Assembly (NCBI GenBank): GCA_964457585.1
Contig: CAYWFU010000004.1
Span: 13,927 to 77,926 of the forward strand
Direction: 5' to 3'
DNA: 64,000 nucleotides
DNA from: an uncultured bacterium
GTDB taxonomy: Bacteria; JACRDZ01
In this document: positions 49,701-58,866 of the stretch, piece after piece
Position numbering within the stretch: the first letter of the stretch is position 1
Layout of the letters: each line of letters begins with the position of its first letter
The notes under the pieces: model-generated
Told to the model about the DNA's origin: nothing
Seen by the model: only the letters and a program-made list of their open reading frames with translations
The model's database searches: none
Made by a program: the position numbers and the translations under genes

Positions 49701-50124
49701 ACTTGAAGTGAATTGGATAGATGAAGAAAATATATCTAGAACAAGTTTATTTGATAATTTAGAAGATACACTTATAGGTACAGATTATAGCATTGTCCCT
49801 ACAAGTGTATTTGATAGAAGAGATACATTTAATAAAGCCATCGGTTATATTGCCGCCCTTTACCAATTTTTTTGGAATGAAACGCACAGAACAATTTCCG
49901 GCCAAGTCATATCTAATAGTAGTGTTGGAATAGATGGAATTACAATCTATTTTTCTAATAATGGAGGGTCTGTTGTAACCAGTGGTGGTGGTTATTATAC
50001 TATTGATTTGCCAATTGGTTGGAGTGGTAGTGCTACACCGTCATACCTTAATTTTTCATTTGCCCCATCCTCTATTAATTATACTAATGTTAATGTAAAT
50101 CAAGATACTCAGAATTTTACTTGA
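46789..50124 (+). CDS. Secreted multidomain protein: propeptide + S8 subtilisin-like protease + zinc phospholipase-C / P1-nuclease-fold domain + C-terminal beta-sandwich (CarboxypepD_reg-like). Ends at an in-frame TGA.
   Basis: Signal peptide MGKNLFKTAYSLFFILILISNNSYA. S8 triad: VAVIDTGV, DDNGHGTFVAG, GTSASAPMISA. PLC-like: HQWIALQAY, HFWDPDGG, YYWLGRTAHLLMDMSVPAHVHND; compare B. cereus PC-PLC HFYDPDNG and FFYLGLSLHYLGDVNQPMHAAN. Confidence 0.8.
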   Translation: MGKNLFKTAYSLFFILILISNNSYAKTEPALNPFHLEIINKKITIKAQNVNFKDILKEIEKKSEIKVKIFEKVEDSNVSVDVKDIPLNKIEVLFEKMKLKSFVIYYDKESNPYEIWMLSTDKNVNNSTKGKIVRRNEIIRNAKFTEDKDIDNIKGKSIISKSYGKNKVLIRYVKNEIFLKFHRGVTKQEIKDILGKYNLVSKEENTLSKIGYVKAEILGDRDIESVIKEISKEYKLKTSEPNYISNVFAITDPLYENQWYIPDTNFDKAWPKLKNKKVVKIAVIDTGVNSKHPDLKNKILQGFDFVNNDSTSLDDNGHGTFVAGIIAGASNNIGIKGLFDSAKIIPIKTIDGNGAGTYEDVAKGIIYAADNGAKVINLSVGGYAYSFMLLDAVDYALTKGCIVVASGGNDGIEQEIYPAGYADVIGVSALDQNGQIWNKSNSGKHIDVCAPGVNILSLGLDENYVYASGTSASAPMISALAAMLVSEKPDVSSSVIEKLIMQSAKDLGDKGRDKVYGSGEIDALSVFGQEVKLFHDIAVRSVYLEPMVFDKDKLTYVVADIENVGTYRAEKCNVALYQIIGEEKKEIGRKTDVVVSDKLDVVFDWEPDGVKDGVKFEVVVVYKDDSNNANNSKITRLFFLREDGKLYVLYATEPPVHQWIALQAYKLTQKTSLKNEIGKFLDTSTGSLLYSPNFNPNNYGWNNNTNLPTNTNTALIEGTWEEDEGTRPINHFWDPDGGYNDGILLSDSALKSAVSCFDSAIANYKTFPTNAYYWLGRTAHLLMDMSVPAHVHNDQHLEKGFFKADNPENYELYTAYVPLSGVPIYKESNTNNSNLSIPDVTKLPDYWDTEVPQFYPRELVRLFYNLAEITDNCDSDDIIGEVENGNYNRFASRVELLFRLKSISSIIWYRQTINGNRSTGTSQILFIDRDFEYDRGDVGTVYEITKPAIYLYPNIAQQFDEKSYFEEEYDVLEVNWIDEENISRTSLFDNLEDTLIGTDYSIVPTSVFDRRDTFNKAIGYIAALYQFFWNETHRTISGQVISNSSVGIDGITIYFSNNGGSVVTSGGGYYTIDLPIGWSGSATPSYLNFSFAPSSINYTNVNVNQDTQNFT

Positions 50125-50133
50125 ACTCCACCA

Positions 50134-53100
50134 GTGAATAATAAAACTTTAGTTTTGTTATCAATAACAGGGAATAGTTCAGTTGTTGAAAACACACCAT
50201 TAACTCAATATACAGCACAAGCTTTTTTTAGTGATGGCTCAAAAGAAAGTGTAACACCAACAACATGGTCATCCAGCAATTTAAATGTTGCATCTATTTT
50301 AAATTCAGGTTTGTTAACTGTTAAAGAAGTTAGTGCTGATACAGAAATAACTATATATGCTAATTATTCTACCAAAACAGCAGAAATGAAAATTACTATA
50401 ATTAATAGTGGAAGTTCTGGAACTCAGGATAAAGAATTGCTTGTAAATGGTGGTTTTGAATTGGGAAACAATGGAAATTGGGTTTTATCAAACAGTTTTT
50501 ATATTAGTACCGATAAAATAACATATCCCAATCCTTATAATGGAAATGGTTATGCATGGGTTGCAAACAGTGATGGGACACCTGGAATTAATTTATATGG
50601 TAATATGTATCAATCAATTATGATTCCTTCTGAAGTAACATCTGTAAATCTTAGCGTTTGGGTTAGCATTACTACAAAAGAAACAAGTAATGTTCCAAAA
50701 GATGTGTTAACTATAGCGATACAAGATTCTTTAGGTAAATTAGAACTTGTAAGAGCTCTTTCAAATGTTAATGCAAATATTAATCCTAAAGATTATCAAC
50801 AGATACCATTTAACTTGAATTCTTATATAGGGAAAACAATTAGATTAAATTTTTTAGCTACCACAGATGGTATTAATCCTACAACATTCCGAATAGATGA
50901 TGTTAGTATTACAGCTAAAGTCCCTAATCCAAAGACGTTAATTTCATTAAATATTAATGGTCCAAGTGCTGTCAAAGAAAATGATTCGGCAAAATTTTCT
51001 GCTGATGCAGTTTTTAGCGATGGGTCTATAGAACCTGTAACCCCAAATTGGTCTGTAAATTCTAGTGCTGCTACCATATCAAGTTCAGGAGTTTTAAATG
51101 CTGGAAGTGTAGATACAGATACATCCGTTGTTGTTAAAGCAGATTATACTTCCGGTGGAAAAACTAACACTAAAAATGTTACTATAATAAATAGTCAACC
51201 ACAAGTAGGTTCATTACAAGTTAGTTTGAGTCCTCAAGGAGCAATAGGAGCGCAATGGCGAGTTGATGGAGGAAATTATCAGAATAGTGGAAATATTGTT
51301 TATGATTTGTCAGTTGGTGATAATCATATAGTGGATTTTAAAGATATACCAGGGTGGATTAAACCGAATAGTCAGTTTGTCAGTATTAAGAATAACCAAA
51401 CAACTCCTATCTCAGGAAATTATACTTTAAATACATATACAATTTCAACATATGCTGGAGCAGGAGGAAATATATCGCCATCTGGTGATGTAATATTGAA
51501 TTACGGCTCAAATCAGACGTTTAACATAACACCAAATAATGGATATAAAATAAGCGATGTAGTAGTTGATGGCGTTTCACAAGGTGCAATTACAACATAC
51601 CCATTTACGAACGTGACAGCCAATCGTATGATAAGTGCAAATTTTAATATAATTATTAATATCCCTTTTCCACCAACTAATATATCAGCCAGTGACGGAA
51701 CATATACAGACAAGATAAGCATAACATGGGGTGTAGTTTCCAATGCAACATATACAATATATCGTGCGACTTCTAATAGTGGTACTAAAACTTATATTGG
51801 GACAGCGACAGGTACAAGTTATGAAGATACATCAGCTTTGGCTGGGACCACATATTATTATTGGGTAACAGCAACAGATTCTAATGGGACGAGTAACTAT
51901 AGTTCGTATGATACAGGTTGGCGCAGTGGTGTTATTCCTTATTCACCTACTGAAGTATCTGCAAGTGCTGGAAATGGACAAGTGACTATTAATTGGGATA
52001 CTGCTTCAAGTGCGACGAGTTACAATATTTATTGGGATACAACTTCAGGGGTCTCGAAGATTAAAGGTACAAAAATTAGTAATGTCACAAGTCCATATCC
52101 GCATACAGGCAGAACAAATGGCACAACATATTATTATGTTGTAACGGCTATTAATGATTATGGAGAGAGTGGGGAATCTAATCAAGTAAATGCTACTCCA
52201 TCCACTTTGACAATTCCTACTGATGGACTTGTTGCATATTATTCGTTCAATGGCAATGCTAACGATGGAAGTGGAAATAGTAATAATGGTACAGTTTATG
52301 GAGCTACTTTAACAGCAGATAGGTTTTGGAATGCTAATAGCGCTTATAGTTTTGATGGAGTAAATGATTATATTATGATTCCATCAAACTCCAGTTTAGA
52401 TATTAAAGAAGATATTACAATTGCAGCATGGGTAAAGTTTAATAATTTGTCAAATAATAATTATTCTCAGATATTATGGCGTGGTGATAGTCAATATGCT
52501 CAGGATCCATATTCACTTTATGTATTGGCTGATAATGTAGGATTTCGTAGGGATATAAATACAGGGACAGGGAATGATATTAAGAATATAACGAAAAATA
52601 TTGGGGATTTAGATATAAATATATTTCATCTACTTGTTGGTAGTTATGATAGAACAAATGGTATTATGCGGTTATATATAGACGGAAACATGGGAATAGA
52701 AGAATATATGCCAGGGATGTCACAATATATTACTTCTTCTATGTGGAACGTAATTGGTGCGGTAGATTATGGTAATTGGCAGTTTTTTAATGGGATAATT
52801 GATGACATCCGTATTTATAATCGTGCTTTAAGTAATATAGAAATTAAAGTACTTTATCAAGAAGTTCCTGCTTTCCCTCCTACTAATGTGTCAGTAAATA
52901 CAGGGAATAATCAAGTAACAATCAGTTGGAATGTTGTAACTAATGCAACATCATACAATATCTACTGGTCAATCACACCTGGAGTAACAAAAGCAAATGG
53001 TATGAAAATAAGCACCGTAACAAGCCCATATTCAAATACCGGACTAATAAATGGAACAACATATTACTACATTGTAACAGCAGTAAACAGCTATGGAGAA

Positions 53101-55383
53101 AGTGCGGAGTCAAGTGAGGTATCTGGAACTCCAAATAATAATAATAATGTATTATTCTCCGACGATTTTAATGATGGAAATTATAATGGATGGACAGTAG
53201 TTGACCGCAATGACTGGAGTAATGGAGTTGGGGAGTGGAGCGTAGAGAATGGAATACTTAATCAAAAAGCAGATTGGGGTTGTATGCTATTAACCGGTGA
53301 CACTACATGGCAGAATTATACATTTGAAGCAGAGACATCAATAAAAAGTGTTTATTATAATGATTGGGATGGACCAGAATTCCTATTCCGTGTAAAAGAT
53401 AGTAAGAATTTTTATGTTTTCTACCTTCATTATCCTTTTCAACGAGCTAGAATAGTCAAATGGATTAATGGTAATGAAACTATTCTTGCAGATACAGGTA
53501 TTAATGGTCTTCCATTAAATCTCAACACTACATATAAAATTAAATGTGAGGTAAATGGTTCAGATATTAAGTGCTATATAAATGGGAATCTGATTTTATC
53601 TGCTATTGATTCCACTTTTGCGTCAGGGAAAATTGGATTTCGTACATGGAGATCGCAATCAACGTTTGATAATGTAATCGTAACTGCATACACATCTACC
53701 AATATTAACCAACCCCCACAAGTTTCCCTTTATCCTGAATATGAAACCACCTGGTTATCTGGTTCCATAAATTTTACTTTTGATACCTCTGATCCAGATG
53801 GATATATTACAAAAATAAAAATGGAATATGGAGATGGGAAATTTGATATTACACCTCCATTTATACATACATATAATTCAACAGGAAAATTTACTGCACG
53901 ACTCACTGTTTGGGATAATAATTATGATTCAAGCTGGGATGAAAGTAATATCATTGTTCCAACTGATTATGATAATGACGGACTTCCTGATACATGGGAA
54001 GTAACTTACAACCTGAGTCCTTATAATTCAACAGGTAATAACGGCTGGAATGGTGACCCTGATGGTGATGGAATAACAAACGGGGATGAGTGGAAAAATG
54101 TTTCTAAACCAAATGATCCATTAGATAATAAGCCTATTGCCAATGCTGGACTTGATCAGATTGTAAATCCTTCATTAGTCATTCTTGATGGATCAGGTAG
54201 TAGTGACCCCAATGGTGACCCACTGACATATTTATGGTACCAGACATCAGGAACTATTATTAATTTAATAAATCCAAATGCTGTTAATCCTAGCTTTATT
54301 GGTAAGAAAGCTGGTGATTATATCTTTAGTTTGATAGTTAATGATGGAAAAATTGATAGTGTTTCAGATGCAGTGATTATTACTATTAACAATATCGTTC
54401 CAACCGCAGATGCTGGGATAGATCAAACTGTTTATTCAAATACTACTGTTACTCTTAATGGCAGTGGCAGTACAGATGCAAATGGAGATAATCTAATTTA
54501 TACTTGGACACAAACTGTGGGAACAAATGTAACTTTATCGGATAACCAGAATATAAATCCAACATTTACTCCAATCTTTTCAGGTGTTTATACATTTCAG
54601 TTAATAGTTAGTGACGGTAAAGATAACAGTCTGCTTGACACAGTTAATATCATAGTAAATCAGCCGAACACCGTACCAACAGCCAATGCTGGTTCTGATC
54701 AGACTGTGAATACAGGAACATTGGTAACGCTAAATGGTTCAGGGAGTTCCGATGCTGACGGAAATTATTTGACTTACACATGGACACAAATCGCAGGAAC
54801 AAATGTGACCTTATCGAATAACCAAAGTATTAATCCAACATTTACTCCAATCTTTTCAGGTGTTTATACATTTCAGTTAATAGTAAATGACGGCACAGAT
54901 AACAGTCTCCCGGATATAGTTAATATCATATTAAATCAGCCAAATACCGTACCAACAGCTAATGCTGGGATAGATCAAACTATAAATACAGGAACAAAAG
55001 TAACCATGGATGGTTCAGGGAGTTCCGATGCTGACGGAGATTCTCTGACTTACACATGGGCACAAACAGCAGGAACAACAGTAACTTTATCAGATACCCA
55101 TAGCATGAGTCCAACATTTACTCCAATTGTTTCAGGTGTTTATACATTTCAATTAATAGTAAATGACGGCACAGATAACAGTCTCTCTGATATAGTTAAT
55201 ATCATAGTAAATCATAAAACTAGACTATGCCTTATAACCAATATTATTCCTGAAAATTCACAAGTAGGAATTATTAATAAGATGAATGATATTAAAGATA
55301 GAGTATTAATAAAAAATAGTATAAGCAAATATTTCGTTAAACTTTATTATAAAATTAGTCCATATTTGATTAATAATAAATGA
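50134..55383 (+). CDS. Giant (1749 aa) adhesin-like ORF: Big_2, FN3, LamG-like, DUF1080-like jelly-roll, PKD, thrombospondin-type DPDGDG, four ~85-aa PKD-like repeats, and a conserved ~55-aa C-terminal domain. It has no start signal of its own and is in frame with the upstream protease ORF.
   Basis: The ORF-track start is GTG at 50134 with no RBS or signal peptide. It is in the same frame as 46789-50124, separated only by TGA plus 9 nt. Domain motifs are recognisable by eye. Four repeats ANAG.DQTVN.G..VTL.GSGSSD.DGD.LTYTW.Q. Confidence 0.7.
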   Translation: MNNKTLVLLSITGNSSVVENTPLTQYTAQAFFSDGSKESVTPTTWSSSNLNVASILNSGLLTVKEVSADTEITIYANYSTKTAEMKITIINSGSSGTQDKELLVNGGFELGNNGNWVLSNSFYISTDKITYPNPYNGNGYAWVANSDGTPGINLYGNMYQSIMIPSEVTSVNLSVWVSITTKETSNVPKDVLTIAIQDSLGKLELVRALSNVNANINPKDYQQIPFNLNSYIGKTIRLNFLATTDGINPTTFRIDDVSITAKVPNPKTLISLNINGPSAVKENDSAKFSADAVFSDGSIEPVTPNWSVNSSAATISSSGVLNAGSVDTDTSVVVKADYTSGGKTNTKNVTIINSQPQVGSLQVSLSPQGAIGAQWRVDGGNYQNSGNIVYDLSVGDNHIVDFKDIPGWIKPNSQFVSIKNNQTTPISGNYTLNTYTISTYAGAGGNISPSGDVILNYGSNQTFNITPNNGYKISDVVVDGVSQGAITTYPFTNVTANRMISANFNIIINIPFPPTNISASDGTYTDKISITWGVVSNATYTIYRATSNSGTKTYIGTATGTSYEDTSALAGTTYYYWVTATDSNGTSNYSSYDTGWRSGVIPYSPTEVSASAGNGQVTINWDTASSATSYNIYWDTTSGVSKIKGTKISNVTSPYPHTGRTNGTTYYYVVTAINDYGESGESNQVNATPSTLTIPTDGLVAYYSFNGNANDGSGNSNNGTVYGATLTADRFWNANSAYSFDGVNDYIMIPSNSSLDIKEDITIAAWVKFNNLSNNNYSQILWRGDSQYAQDPYSLYVLADNVGFRRDINTGTGNDIKNITKNIGDLDINIFHLLVGSYDRTNGIMRLYIDGNMGIEEYMPGMSQYITSSMWNVIGAVDYGNWQFFNGIIDDIRIYNRALSNIEIKVLYQEVPAFPPTNVSVNTGNNQVTISWNVVTNATSYNIYWSITPGVTKANGMKISTVTSPYSNTGLINGTTYYYIVTAVNSYGESAESSEVSGTPNNNNNVLFSDDFNDGNYNGWTVVDRNDWSNGVGEWSVENGILNQKADWGCMLLTGDTTWQNYTFEAETSIKSVYYNDWDGPEFLFRVKDSKNFYVFYLHYPFQRARIVKWINGNETILADTGINGLPLNLNTTYKIKCEVNGSDIKCYINGNLILSAIDSTFASGKIGFRTWRSQSTFDNVIVTAYTSTNINQPPQVSLYPEYETTWLSGSINFTFDTSDPDGYITKIKMEYGDGKFDITPPFIHTYNSTGKFTARLTVWDNNYDSSWDESNIIVPTDYDNDGLPDTWEVTYNLSPYNSTGNNGWNGDPDGDGITNGDEWKNVSKPNDPLDNKPIANAGLDQIVNPSLVILDGSGSSDPNGDPLTYLWYQTSGTIINLINPNAVNPSFIGKKAGDYIFSLIVNDGKIDSVSDAVIITINNIVPTADAGIDQTVYSNTTVTLNGSGSTDANGDNLIYTWTQTVGTNVTLSDNQNINPTFTPIFSGVYTFQLIVSDGKDNSLLDTVNIIVNQPNTVPTANAGSDQTVNTGTLVTLNGSGSSDADGNYLTYTWTQIAGTNVTLSNNQSINPTFTPIFSGVYTFQLIVNDGTDNSLPDIVNIILNQPNTVPTANAGIDQTINTGTKVTMDGSGSSDADGDSLTYTWAQTAGTTVTLSDTHSMSPTFTPIVSGVYTFQLIVNDGTDNSLSDIVNIIVNHKTRLCLITNIIPENSQVGIINKMNDIKDRVLIKNSISKYFVKLYYKISPYLINNK

Positions 55384-55460
55384 GTAATATAATTATAAAT
55401 AGAAATTTGAAAGTTAAAAAACACTGGATCCCGCTAAAACACTGCGGGTATGATTGTGTC

Positions 55461-55492
55461 ATCCCCGACATATTTTATCGGGGATCTAATTT
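55461..55492. terminator. Hairpin(s) between convergent genes; putative bidirectional terminator.
   Basis: atccccga ... tcggggat (55461-55485) followed by a T-rich tail. A second hairpin cccgc/gcggg lies at 55430-55448. Confidence 0.45.
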
Positions 55493-55505
55493 GTATAATT
55501 AATTT

Positions 55506-55748
55506 TTATGCTACTTCCTGTAAATGTCTGACAGAAACCATATCTCTTCTTTCAATAGGGCGGATATCATTTTCGTTTAAAGATATTAATGCATGGGTAT
55601 CTCCACCTGCTGTAACAAATTCAACCTCATAATCATAGCTCCCATAAATTTCCACTATAGTACCAAGATCACCTTTTTGTAAATTGTACTTATCTATATC
55701 TTTTGTTAATACTACTACATCAACTAATTTATATTTCATTTTATTCAC
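55506..55748 (-). CDS. Small conserved protein (DUF4926-like, tentative).
   Basis: 80 aa. VVLTKDIDKYNLQKGDLGTIVEIYGSYDYEVEFV pattern. Its start overlaps the stop of the upstream partner by 8 nt. Confidence 0.4.
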   Translation of the reverse strand: MNKMKYKLVDVVVLTKDIDKYNLQKGDLGTIVEIYGSYDYEVEFVTAGGDTHALISLNENDIRPIERRDMVSVRHLQEVA

Positions 55749-56085
55749 CTCCTGGGATTAAAGTTATTAATCGAGGTATTTCTTCACCATTTAAAATTAT
55801 CCATACAGATGTTACTATAATATTAAAAGTATTCGGTCCTTTTAAAGGTGCGGTTATTTCATATTTTTTACCAAATGAAGAGAATTTACCTTCTTTTGCA
55901 TCGTTATTTAAAAGGTGTTGTTCTCTAATATCTTTTTCAAATATTTCCCAATTTTCATAAGTATAACCTGCTTGTTTAAAAAAATTAGCTTTATATTTTC
56001 CAACCGGATGAATAGGTGATAATATATAATCTTTTAGTTTAATCGGTTCTATTATTGCATATTCTTTATTTGGAAGTAACGGCAT
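55741..56085 (-). CDS. Hypothetical 114-aa protein, translationally coupled upstream partner of the DUF4926-like gene.
   Basis: ORF with conserved-looking core (HPVGKYKANFFKQAGYTYENWE...TSVWI). Overlapping stop and start with the next gene. Confidence 0.35.
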   Translation of the reverse strand: MPLLPNKEYAIIEPIKLKDYILSPIHPVGKYKANFFKQAGYTYENWEIFEKDIREQHLLNNDAKEGKFSSFGKKYEITAPLKGPNTFNIIVTSVWIILNGEEIPRLITLIPGGE

Positions 56086-56180
56086 GAAATTTATCCCTCT
56101 AAATTTTATAGATATTTAATCTTATCCATAAAAAATTCAGTAAAAAATGATTCTTATCCAAATTTTTTTCCCGATTCTCT

Positions 56181-56231
56181 ATAAATAAATAAATAAATAA
56201 ATAAATTAATTAATTAATTAATTAATTAATA
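56181..56231. repeat. Microsatellite (AAAT)n followed by (TTAA/TAAT)n.
   Basis: ataaataaataaataaataaataaattaattaattaattaattaattaat. Confidence 0.9.
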
Positions 56232-56436
56232 TATTTTCAATTTTATCACTTAAATGGACTGACTTCAATCAAATTTTTGAATTTGTTAGACTTTTGACTT
56301 TTATCGACAAAATTCGCAAAGCTATAATAAAAATTTTTTAAAGAATCAGAATGGATACTTGCAAATGAGGATTATAATATGGAACACTAAACAATTAAAT
56401 AATTTTTATAAAAATTTTATTCGATATAAATTTGAA

Positions 56437-56622
56437 ATATACTCAAACTAATCAGGTTTGCGAATTTAGAATGCTCATATGTGCTTCAGATTGGAACGAT
56501 CTGATTGAGCAAAACCGCAGGTGTAGTTTTAACTACATTGAGGATTTTGTGAATGAAGATCGTTTCAAGATGGAGTACAGAGGGGCGTTATAAATTCGCA
56601 AACCTGATTAGTTTGAGTATAT
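56437..56622. repeat. MITE-like element: perfect 32-bp terminal inverted repeats flanking 122 nt.
   Basis: atatactcaaactaatcaggtttgcgaattta (56437-56468) is the exact reverse complement of 56591-56622. There is an internal palindrome tgtagttttaactaca. The ATG at 56553 of the following broken gene lies inside the element. Confidence 0.85.
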
Positions 56623-58547
56623 ATACAGATGCTGATTTAACAAAAATTTATGATTTTGCTTCTGGAATACAGGAAGGAGTAAAAGTTACAATATGGAATA
56701 TAAACAAGGAATTAGTAGAAAACACAAGGTACTGGTGGAGAGCATGGTCGTATGTAAATAGTATTAATAGTGATCCGATGAATCCAGCATCATTTTTTGT
56801 AAATAAAATAAATGAACCTCCGGCAAAAGTAACATTAAGCAGTCCGCCAGAGGGATCAAGTGTATCATCACTTTTAACAAATCTTAAAGTAAATAATGCA
56901 TCTGACCCTGATAGGGATATAGTAACCTATGATTTTAATTTGAATGATGATAAAGGATTTTCATTTGAGACAACTAAAGTCCCAGAAACTGCTGGTGGTA
57001 CAACAGCTTCAAAAGACTCCTTTACTTAAGGATAATACATGGTATAAGTGGACTGCACGTGCAAGGGATGAACATGATTCAACAGGTGCATGGATGGATG
57101 AAGCATTGTTTTTTGTAAATACAGCAAATGATGCACCTGAAACGCCAAAATTAAAAAGTCCATCTGATGGCAGTGAAATAACAGTCAAAACACCTGTTTT
57201 AGAAATAAATAGCTCAATAGATTTAGATGGAAATAAAGTTTCATATTATTTTGAAATAGATACAACAAATAATTTTACAAGCAGCAAGCTAATAAAATCA
57301 AACGAACTATTTGTTACACTATGGCAGACTCCGGAATTAGATGACAATACAATCTGGTACTGGAGGGTAAGAGCAACAGATGGTGCAGCATATTCAAGCT
57401 GGATGAATGCAAAGATTTTTGTAAATACAAATAATGATGCACCAAGTATCCCAATATTAATAAGTCCAAAAGAAACAATTGTAACAATGCTTACACCGGA
57501 ATTAAAAATTCAACCTTCAATCGATATAGATAGAGACCAAATAAGTTATGAATATCAAGTGTATGATACAACAAAAAATTTAGTAACAAGCGCAGATAAT
57601 AAAGGAATAAGCTGGATAATAGTAAATACTTCTGGCAGATTCAGGCAAGAGATGAACATGGTCAGGGAAGTGGTTGGTCTAATATCGCATGGTTTATAGT
57701 AAATCAGGGTAATGATGCGCCTACAGCACCAAAACCAGCCAGACCAGAAAATAACAGTACTATTGGTACTCAAACTCCAGATCTTGAGATAATTAATTCA
57801 ACCGATTTAGATGGTGACAATCTGACATATTATTTTGAAATTTTTGATAATGACCAATTTTTGGGTGAAGCAAAAGCTAAAATAGAACATTTCCCGGAAA
57901 ATCCATCAGGTAAAACAACATGGAACGTGGATACAATTTTACCAAGTGATAAGAAATACTATTGGAGGGCAAAAGCACATGATGGGAAAGAATATAGTGG
58001 GTGGTCAGAGACTTTTAGTTTTACAATAGCAGGAATAATGCCCGATATAATACCACCACAGGTTTCATCAGTAAGTCCAGCAAATAGTGCTGCTAATATT
58101 GCAATTAGATCAAGCTTAACAGCAACATTCAATGAATTGATGTATGAATCAACTATTAATATAGCTACATTCATACTTACAAGCCCATCAGGGCAAATTT
58201 TTGGTACAGTAAGATACAGCTGGACAACAGCCACATTTACTCCATCAGGTAATCTTGCATATTCTACGATTTATACTGCTAAAATAACAACTGAAGCAAA
58301 AGATTTAGCCGGGAATAAATTGGCAAGTAATTATGTGTGGAGCTTTACTACAGAATCTAAACCCAAAAAAGGCCCATGTATTATAACTAATGCTATTCCT
58401 TCAAATTCACGAACAGGGATTATTAAGAAGATGAACGATTTTAAAGATAGAGTATTAATTAAAAATAGTATATCAGCATATTTCGTTGAATTTTATTATA
58501 AAATTAGTCCAAAGTTAGTTAATAATATTTGCATCCGATTGCAATAG
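56553..58547 (+). pseudogene. Disrupted repeat-rich surface protein gene: ~95-aa tandem repeats plus an SbsA-type Ig-like domain plus the same C-terminal domain as the giant ORF. It is split by at least two frameshifts and is 5'-truncated at the MITE-like element.
   Basis: Three ORFs (56553-57029, 56944-57699, 57861-58547) carry the same repeat (W..RA.D..G..S.W......FVNT.NDAP..P.L.SP.DGS...TP.L.INNS.D.DGD...Y.FEI). The frame changes near 56990-57020 and 57615. The reading continues in the third frame from ~57640. No signal peptide. C-terminal CIITNAIPSNSRTGIIKKMNDFKDRVLIKNSISAYFVEFYYKISPKLVNN. Confidence 0.55.
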
Positions 58548-58866
58548 AAATGTATAATCAGGACAGGATCTAAGTACGATTTATTACTAATTTTAGATTT
58601 TTTAGTTTATATTTTTTTATAACAGATTTACCAATATTATTAATTTGATCAGGAGTTTCTTTTCTTATTCCAATTTTATTTCTTACTTCATGCAATTCCC
58701 ATAAAACATAATCCTCCTCTTTTTTATAATCATTATTAAGGGAGACATTAGCGGTATCCTTTAAATTTTTTAGTTATTTTCTTTCTGATATATTACAAAT
58801 ATATTGCTGATTTTATTGAATTATGATATTTATTAATAATATAAAAACCTAACTTAAGGTAATTAC

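Noticed and set aside
58600-58760. Minus-strand reading frame ...DYVLWELHEVRNKIGIRKETPDQINNIGKSVIKKYKLKNLKLVINRT*, preceded on that strand by GAGGAGG.
   Set aside because: There is no ATG/GTG/TTG start in frame (stops closely upstream). It is too short and has no recognisable family, so it is at most a gene remnant.
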